This document shows, in pieces, positions 51,939 to 57,625 of a stretch of 57,625 nucleotides of DNA (positions within the stretch are counted from its first letter, which is position 1; every line of letters begins with the position of its first letter). Below the pieces are notes generated by a model. The model was not told the DNA's origin. It searched no databases and saw only the letters and a program-made list of their open reading frames with translations. This DNA comes from Microgenomates group bacterium RBG_16_45_19 (GTDB lineage: Bacteria; Patescibacteriota; Microgenomatia; UBA1400; RBG-16-45-19): the NCBI GenBank assembly GCA_001803415.1, contig MHDC01000038.1, positions 1 to 57,625 of the forward strand, given 5' to 3'. The translations under genes were made by a program, and so were the position numbers.

Positions 51939-52951
51939 TATCTTTTCTTGAGCTGCGTCAACAGCTCTGTGAGGTCAACAGATTTAGCGGCGATTAACTT
52001 GTCAGCAGCCCCATAATAAATATAAAGTCTTTTATCTCTTACTACTGCTCCGGTAGGAAAGACAACATTATTTGTAACACCACTTTTTTCCCAAGAAGCC
52101 TTTGGGGAAAACAGAGGTTCTTTTAATCGCCCCAAAACTTTTAGGGGATTTTTGAGATCAAGTAGGGCAGCGGAGGCGTGATAGATTTTTCCAAAAGGAG
52201 AATCCTGCACCGCATGATAGATAATAAGCCATCCGTCTTTTGTTTCGATAGGGGGACAACCACCGCCAATGTTGCGGTTTTCAAACCAAAAAAGAGGATC
52301 AAGTACAATAAAATCACCTAAATTCTTGAAATAATTGCGCCAGCAGTCTTTTGTAAGTTCGGAGAAATTATTAAAGTAAACAATTTGGATTCCGGGTAAT
52401 ATTCGGTGGAGAAGAGCAAATTTATGATTGAATTTTTGGGGAAAGAGGGAGGCGTCTTTTTCAAATAGCAGAATGTCCTTGCCTTCCCTTTCTTTATAGA
52501 GCATTTCGAACATGGTATATATTTCTCTGACTTTTGACTCGCGAAAAATGTCTTCCGCTTCATCGTAAGAGATTTTCGGCGAGATAAGGCCTTGTTTGGC
52601 GAAATGGACAAGATCTTTACTTGTGGCGTAGGCAATAAGAGCATTTTTACCGTAATGGGCAGTATAGAGAAGGTAATATGTTCCTTCTAAAAGAGTAATT
52701 CTGGGATCTTCTACACCTTTTTTCTCATAATCATATTCCTGGGATAAGATTGGCTCTTTAAGTCTTTTTACAACTTTATTATCTTTCAGCTGGCAGTAGC
52801 CTATGGAAGAAACATCATTGCGGTTAATTGCCCGATAAAACATGTGGGTAATGTCATCCACCTGGATGCAGGCAGGGTTTAAAACACCTTTATTTTCGAA
52901 TTCCAGATTTGTTTTTTCTAAAATTATTCCCTCGTTTTTGACTGTAATCAT
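51938..52951 (-). CDS. GH130-family glycoside hydrolase/phosphorylase (DUF377)
   Basis: GVLNP, GVEDPRI, KD..LFP, LLHRI, GG.PPI.T..GWL..YH, NVVFPTG, YYGAAD. Confidence 0.9.
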   Translation of the reverse strand: MITVKNEGIILEKTNLEFENKGVLNPACIQVDDITHMFYRAINRNDVSSIGYCQLKDNKVVKRLKEPILSQEYDYEKKGVEDPRITLLEGTYYLLYTAHYGKNALIAYATSKDLVHFAKQGLISPKISYDEAEDIFRESKVREIYTMFEMLYKEREGKDILLFEKDASLFPQKFNHKFALLHRILPGIQIVYFNNFSELTKDCWRNYFKNLGDFIVLDPLFWFENRNIGGGCPPIETKDGWLIIYHAVQDSPFGKIYHASAALLDLKNPLKVLGRLKEPLFSPKASWEKSGVTNNVVFPTGAVVRDKRLYIYYGAADKLIAAKSVDLTELLTQLKKR

Positions 52952-52980
52952 AATCTTTAATTCCTCAATTGGTTAGACTT

Positions 52981-53208
52981 TTATTTACCCTGTAATTGAT
53001 AACCGGTTAATTCATCCAAACCAACCCCGAGGGCTTTCGCCATTTTCTTTAGCGTATCAAGCGTTGGGTTAATATTCTCGCCCTGCTCAATCTTAATAAT
53101 CGTGTTGTTGGCAACATCGGCGAGCTTGGCGAGACGATCTTGCGAAAGCCCCTTTTTCTCTCGTAGCTTCTTAAGATTTTTTGATAGCGGATATTCTTGC
53201 TTTGACAT
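52981..53208 (-). CDS. XRE-family HTH transcriptional regulator
   Basis: LKKLREKKGLSQ..LA, IE.G...NPTL.TL..MAKALGV. Confidence 0.92.
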   Translation of the reverse strand: MSKQEYPLSKNLKKLREKKGLSQDRLAKLADVANNTIIKIEQGENINPTLDTLKKMAKALGVGLDELTGYQLQGK

Positions 53209-53234
53209 AGTTTATCTACATTAGTACTATTTTA

Positions 53235-53263
53235 ATGATACTATAAAATACATTTTCAGTCAA
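53235..53263 (-). promoter_or_regulatory. Promoter for the XRE-GH130-GT4 unit
   Basis: Minus strand TTGACT-N17-TATCAT; repeated ATAGTA boxes near the start are possible autoregulatory operators. Confidence 0.55.
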
Positions 53264-53325
53264 AATATTCGGGAGCAATGATTTGTTGTGTGCGCACGGA
53301 TGGGCGGCGCAAACACAACCCCCTT

Positions 53326-53426
53326 CCTTTTAGCCCGCCTGAGCGTTCAGTTTATGCCGCGCAAAGCGCGGCAATCAGTCGGAGTTTCGTTCAAAAAAGG
53401 TACGAGCTTCGTTCAGTAATTGCGAC
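53326..53426 (-). repeat. 101-bp inverted repeat, right copy
   Basis: 99/101 identical to the reverse complement of 48471-48571; contains tgccgcgc-aaa-gcgcggca hairpin. Confidence 0.95.
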
Positions 53427-53510
53427 AAAGTTAGAACCGAATTTCGCAATTGTTAGCTCGCTTTGCGAGCAATTATAATCTGATAAAATGATATCAAGAA
53501 TACAACAATT

Positions 53511-54221
53511 ATGAAACTAAATTTTCCTAAATCACCAGCCACCTCTTGGGTTATAAGGACGAAAAATGAAGAAAAATGGTTCGGTAAAGTTTTGGAAACC
53601 CTTTTTATGCAATCTAGGCTTGATTTTGAAGTGATAATCGTAGACTCCGATTCTACAGACAAAACTATCGAAATTACAAAAGACTTTCCGGTTCGAAAGA
53701 TTATTAACGTTTCTGAAAAAGACTTTAATTATAGCTATGCGCTTAATCTTGGAATTAAAGAGTCTTGGGGCGAATACATAGGAATTATTAGCGGCCATTC
53801 GCTTCCTATAAGTCGAACATGGTATCAGGATGGGATGAAGAATTTTGCTGACCCTAAAATGGCAGCAGTGACAGGTTGCTATACGGCATTACCCGATGGT
53901 TCCCTAGATGAGGAACTAGGCGATCTTCATTTTGATCAGAGACGACTGGAAAAAGAGTATTATTGCAAATGGATGACCAACACAAACGTAATTATCAGAA
54001 AGGATTTGTGGAGAAAATACCCATTTGATGAGAGGCTAGAAGAGTGTGAGGACTATGATTGGGCTTGTGAAATGATTGCAAGAGGATGGAATATTGTTAA
54101 AGACCCAAGATTCAACGTTTATCATTCTCATGGCGGGATTGGAAGATCAACTTACAGTGAAAGGGTTCCCACTTGGCAAAGGGTTTGTGCACTTATTGAT
54201 AAAAAGAAAAGACCGAGCTAA
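53511..54221 (+). CDS. Glycosyltransferase family 2
   Basis: VIRTKNEE, EVIIVDSDSTDKT, ALNLGI, PFDE...EDYDW. Confidence 0.9.
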   Translation: MKLNFPKSPATSWVIRTKNEEKWFGKVLETLFMQSRLDFEVIIVDSDSTDKTIEITKDFPVRKIINVSEKDFNYSYALNLGIKESWGEYIGIISGHSLPISRTWYQDGMKNFADPKMAAVTGCYTALPDGSLDEELGDLHFDQRRLEKEYYCKWMTNTNVIIRKDLWRKYPFDERLEECEDYDWACEMIARGWNIVKDPRFNVYHSHGGIGRSTYSERVPTWQRVCALIDKKKRPS

Positions 54222-54240
54222 CCTTCTTGTAGAGGCATAT

Positions 54241-55161
54241 ATGGAAAATCAAATTAATGTTGGTAATCAAAATACCCAGCAAATCGGTCAAAATCCTATT
54301 AACCAAAATGTACAAACTACAGGAAATCCGAAGGTAAAATATTTGGCCTTAGGAATAGTGGTTTTTCTTGGATTTTTACTTTTTGGTCTTGGTGGGTATT
54401 ACTTTGGTAAACAGTCAACAAATTCCTATCAGGATTCAAAAAAAACAGCAAATCAACCTCTCCCCTCTTCGACTACTACTGAAGCTGACGACGCGGCCGA
54501 CTGGAAAGTATATTCAAATGAGAAGTATGGATTTGAAGTAAAATACGATCCTGAATCAAGTCCAACCGAACAAGTTGGAACCGAAGACACTGGTCAATTT
54601 ACATATTTACTATTGGTTAAATTTGGAACAAATCCGTTAAAATTTCCGCATGGCTATACATTAACAGTTAATAAACAAAAATCTTTAGATGACTATCGTA
54701 CGGAGTTAATTGGTCACAGCACTGACAAAATTGATTCAGAAAAAGAAACAACGACCAATGATAGTACTTGGACAAAATTAAATTATCAAATATTTCTGAC
54801 AACAGATTATATTCCTGTTACAACAGCAATTTTAAGCAAATCTGGATATAGTTATACTATAACTGCCAGCATACTAGATATTGACCAAATCCTTTCTACT
54901 TTTAAATTCAGAATAAAATACACTGACCTAAGTGAACTAAAAACTGCGGACGTACTTGTTCAAGATGGGTCGTACTACGGACCACCTTTCGATCCAGATT
55001 TATATCAACTTGAGATCGGACAATCAAATCATCTGTTTGCTAAAAGTGACACAGTAAATCTCAAACAGTATTTAGGTAAGCGTATTAAAGTTAGCTATCG
55101 AGAAATCAAGGGGATAGTAATGGGCGAACAACAATTAGTAATTGTTGAATCTGTTGATTAA
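54241..55161 (+). CDS. Single-TM anchored hypothetical surface protein
   Basis: Q/N-rich N-terminus, TM ending GGYYFGK, WKVYSNEKYGFEVKY, DQILSTFKF; ATG 54241. Confidence 0.75.
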   Translation: MENQINVGNQNTQQIGQNPINQNVQTTGNPKVKYLALGIVVFLGFLLFGLGGYYFGKQSTNSYQDSKKTANQPLPSSTTTEADDAADWKVYSNEKYGFEVKYDPESSPTEQVGTEDTGQFTYLLLVKFGTNPLKFPHGYTLTVNKQKSLDDYRTELIGHSTDKIDSEKETTTNDSTWTKLNYQIFLTTDYIPVTTAILSKSGYSYTITASILDIDQILSTFKFRIKYTDLSELKTADVLVQDGSYYGPPFDPDLYQLEIGQSNHLFAKSDTVNLKQYLGKRIKVSYREIKGIVMGEQQLVIVESVD

Positions 55162-55405
55162 AAGCGATTGCGGAGCAATCGCAAAAATCGCGCGCGCAAA
55201 AAATAATTGCGAAGAATTGGCATTCTTCGCAAAACGTGTCGGTTCGAACTTCTTTTTATCCAATCGGCAGCTCGCGGCCGAATATAAAAAGGGCTTCTCG
55301 GCGCTCCGTGCGGACGGCGGTGCACGGAGCGCCTCCACCCTTCCGGACTCTTTTTCTCTTTTGGTCGGCGTTCCTGGACGAATTGAGGAACGCCTGGTAC
55401 AAACT
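55160..55405 (+). pseudogene. Probable C-terminal remnant of a large serine recombinase gene ending in an att-like site
   Basis: No start/SD; GC-rich hairpin-dense segment reading IAKIARAKNNCEELAFFAKRVGSNFFLSNRQL..., ending (+1 frame) in WSAFLDELRNAW, homologous to the repeat arm. Family assignment from recollection of CPR recombinase tails. Confidence 0.45.
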
Positions 55406-55607
55406 CAATTCTTTCGAGTTCAGTGTACCAAATATCGGTCGATTTCTCAATCCAAATCCAGCCTTACTCATTATGAGTTGAGGGGTATGGGTTGCCACGA
55501 GACCTTCATATTTTATGATTACTGAGTCCTTGTAAAACTGCAATGAATTTTTTCAAATTACCAGAGAACTTCTCCCCAAAATAAGCTATAATTGCAGATA
55601 GATTGAT

Positions 55608-56402
55608 ATGAAGAAAAATAAGACAGCAATTGTCACTGGTGGGGCGATGGGCTATAAAACTGGCGGCACTTCTATTGGCGGTGCAATCTCCATAAAACTT
55701 GCGAAAGAAGGCTTCAGCGTAATCGTCGTTGATTTAGGCGAAATGGGACAGAGAACGGTGGACGTTATTAAGAAAAATGGCGGGGACGGAATATTTCTCA
55801 AAGCAGATGTTACCAATACGGAGGAAGTTAATAAAATCATTGACACAATCAAATCAACTTATGGTAGTCTTCATTGTCTTGTAAATTGTGTTGCTCGTTA
55901 TAGCCCTGGTATGGGGAAAAATGTAGCTGACATTTCAGAAGAAGAATGGAATAAAACTCTTGAGGTGAATTTAAACGGGTATTTTAAAATGGCAAAGTAT
56001 TCGATTCCCTTGATGCTTGAATCAGGTGGTGGAACGATTATAAACATATCTTCAATTGAGAGCCAGGTAGTATTACCTAACTTCAGTGTTTATTCTGTCT
56101 CAAAGGCTGCTGTTGACGCATTAACCAGAACTATGGCTGTGGATTTTGCTCCCAAAATACGATCAAATTCTGTTGTGCCTGGCTTCGTAAAGATTGCCAA
56201 CTCAGAGAATAACAGAACCCCAGAACAGCTTGAGAAATGGTATAGCGATATTTCAAAGCAGTATCCAATGAAGCGAGTCTGTGAAGTCGATGAAATTGCA
56301 AATATAGTTGCGTTTCTGGCAAGTGACCAATCTTCTTACATCAACGGACAAGCGATCGTAGTGGACGGGGGCAAGACCATCGCTGACACTCACGAGTTTT
56401 GA
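55608..56402 (+). CDS. Short-chain dehydrogenase/reductase (SDR)
   Basis: TGG...IG, ADVT, INISS, YSVSK catalytic motif, PG, GQAIVVDGG. Confidence 0.93.
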   Translation: MKKNKTAIVTGGAMGYKTGGTSIGGAISIKLAKEGFSVIVVDLGEMGQRTVDVIKKNGGDGIFLKADVTNTEEVNKIIDTIKSTYGSLHCLVNCVARYSPGMGKNVADISEEEWNKTLEVNLNGYFKMAKYSIPLMLESGGGTIINISSIESQVVLPNFSVYSVSKAAVDALTRTMAVDFAPKIRSNSVVPGFVKIANSENNRTPEQLEKWYSDISKQYPMKRVCEVDEIANIVAFLASDQSSYINGQAIVVDGGKTIADTHEF

Positions 56403-56729
56403 TTAAATATTTTATGTCTGATCGGTACCCCGTAAACTAAGACAATCTTCTACGACTCAGCGTTACAATACGGTCGTAAGAAAGGAGTCTTAAATGCAGC
56501 GGAAAATGATCCCCAATTTGGAGATACTCGATACTTTTGTTACTGCATTGTTTGAGTTGAAAAGTTCTAACAAAAAGCCAGTTTTGGCTTCTTGATAGTG
56601 TAATTATTGGCTCTTTTTGATATAATCCGAGTCAGGTTGATATAACCAGCCACTCAAGTTAGAATAATTTGAAACCGCCAGATTGGTTATATCAGTCAGG
56701 CGGTTTGTTATTGAATGGAGGTGAATATT

Positions 56730-57050
56730 ATGGCAGAAGAAAGAGCAGGTTTCCAAAGACCACAGCCAACCCGAGATAACTGGACATCTCGGCTTAGGCA
56801 AGAACACGGTCTTCATACGGATGCATCAATGGAAGAAGTTGAGCAGAAGGCGATCTCTTTATTGGGAAGTCCTCCCACAGCAATTACTGGAGCTGAGTTA
56901 GTTTTAGGTCGTAGGGTAGATGCAGGAGATAAAGAAATTACACCCATAATTGCAACTCCTGGATTAAGTCCCGAAGACAGGTTTAGGCTTCTATTGTTAC
57001 GAAAATCTGTGGAGGATATGCAAGAAGAACAGGGTGGGGAAAAGGGTTAA
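56730..57050 (+). CDS. Hypothetical protein
   Basis: Strong GGAGGTG SD before ATG 56730; directly upstream of the recombinase. Confidence 0.65.
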   Translation: MAEERAGFQRPQPTRDNWTSRLRQEHGLHTDASMEEVEQKAISLLGSPPTAITGAELVLGRRVDAGDKEITPIIATPGLSPEDRFRLLLLRKSVEDMQEEQGGEKG

Positions 57051-57064
57051 GCCCTTGTGTCAAT

Positions 57065-57550
57065 ATGGAAGAAGAGCTTGATATAACCAAACTCAAGTAT
57101 GTTTTGTATGCTCGTAAATCAACCGAAGACGAAACGAGGCAGGTAAAGTCAATTGAAGACCAGATTGAAGAGTGTAAGATTTTTGCCAAAAGAGTCGGAA
57201 TAACTTTCGTTGATATTCTTCAAGAGTCGAAATCCGCCAAACGACCAAATAATCGCCCCATCTTCAGACAAATGCTTGATGACATCAAAGGAGGCAAATA
57301 TGACGGAATTTTATCATGGCACCCTGATAGGCTCTCCCGAAATATGCTTGAAGGCGGTGAAATCATTAACATGATTGACGAAGGGGTTATTCAAGACCTC
57401 AAGTTCGTGACTCACCATTTTACCAACGACGCCAGTGGAAAGATGTTACTCGGAATTGCATTTGTACTCTCGAAAGAGTTTTCGGATAAGCTATCTACTG
57501 ATGTTACGAGAGGAACAAGGAGAAGGCTCAATAACGAGGGCAGGATATGA
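57065..57550 (+). pseudogene. Serine recombinase (resolvase catalytic domain), apparently a truncated large serine recombinase
   Basis: LYARKSTED (catalytic Ser), SIEDQ, ESKSAK...RP.F..M, WHPDRLSRN, helix E LS.DV.RG; stops at EGRI*, where large recombinases continue into the DNA-binding domains. Confidence 0.8.
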
Positions 57551-57625
57551 CCCCCAAAAACTGTACCGGTTCTAGTTCTCAAATCTTCGGTTAAACTTCG
57601 CTCGATTTAATTGGCGTTTTCATCT

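Larger units (their letters stand above)
48471..57625. mobile_element. AT-rich genomic island / cassette region associated with serine recombinase sequences (right boundary not seen)
   Basis: Abrupt switch to AT-rich composition after dsbB; starts exactly at a repeat copy; contains recombinase fragments, XRE and accessory enzymes. Confidence 0.75.

Noticed and set aside
53278-53478. 66-aa ORF across the repeat
   Set aside because: Translation of the hairpin/att module; no SD or protein features
55236-55260. GGTTCGAA motif as a tRNA T-loop
   Set aside because: No cloverleaf can be folded around it; no tRNA or rRNA gene found in the window
55362-55371. tggtcggcgt as reverse complement of a tRNA-Pro 3' end (ACGCCGACCA), suggesting a tRNA att core
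   Set aside because: Only 10 bp, with no T-arm continuation; better explained as part of the repeated att-like arm
48471-55400. CRISPR array or classical integron attC array
   Set aside because: No regularly spaced direct repeats with unique spacers, no cas genes, no IntI tyrosine recombinase and no clear RYYYAAC/GTTRRRY boxes

Overview
Window from a small-genome bacterium, very likely a Candidate Phyla Radiation/Patescibacteria member (Microgenomates-like). This is inferred from the missing rpmD/L30, the divergent r-proteins and RpoB, and the gene content. Region 1-29.3 kb holds a zinc pair (COG0523 GTPase + ZIP transporter) followed by a near-continuous core superoperon: rpoBC, str (rpsL-rpsG-fusA-tuf), S10, spc, secY-adk-map-infA-rpmJ, alpha and rplM-rpsI. 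Region 29.3-48.45 kb holds mixed housekeeping and envelope genes (xseAB, RecD/Dda-like helicase, MFS, DsbA-SufS-DsbA-like operon, acyP, YjjX, hpt, DsbB, CAP proteins). It also contains a 1087-aa membrane/VIT protein that appears to carry a NusA N-terminal domain. From 48.47 kb to the end is a visibly AT-richer island with a GH130/GT4 glycan cluster, XRE regulator, GT2, SDR, a recombinase C-terminal remnant and a truncated serine recombinase. The island is punctuated by a family of related ~30-bp sites plus GC hairpins, including a 101-bp near-perfect inverted repeat (48471-48571 / 53326-53426). These look like serine-recombinase attachment sites delimiting gene cassettes. Many accessory genes have a -10 box 6-7 nt upstream of ATG, suggesting leaderless mRNAs. 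All family assignments come from motif recognition by eye; no searches were run.
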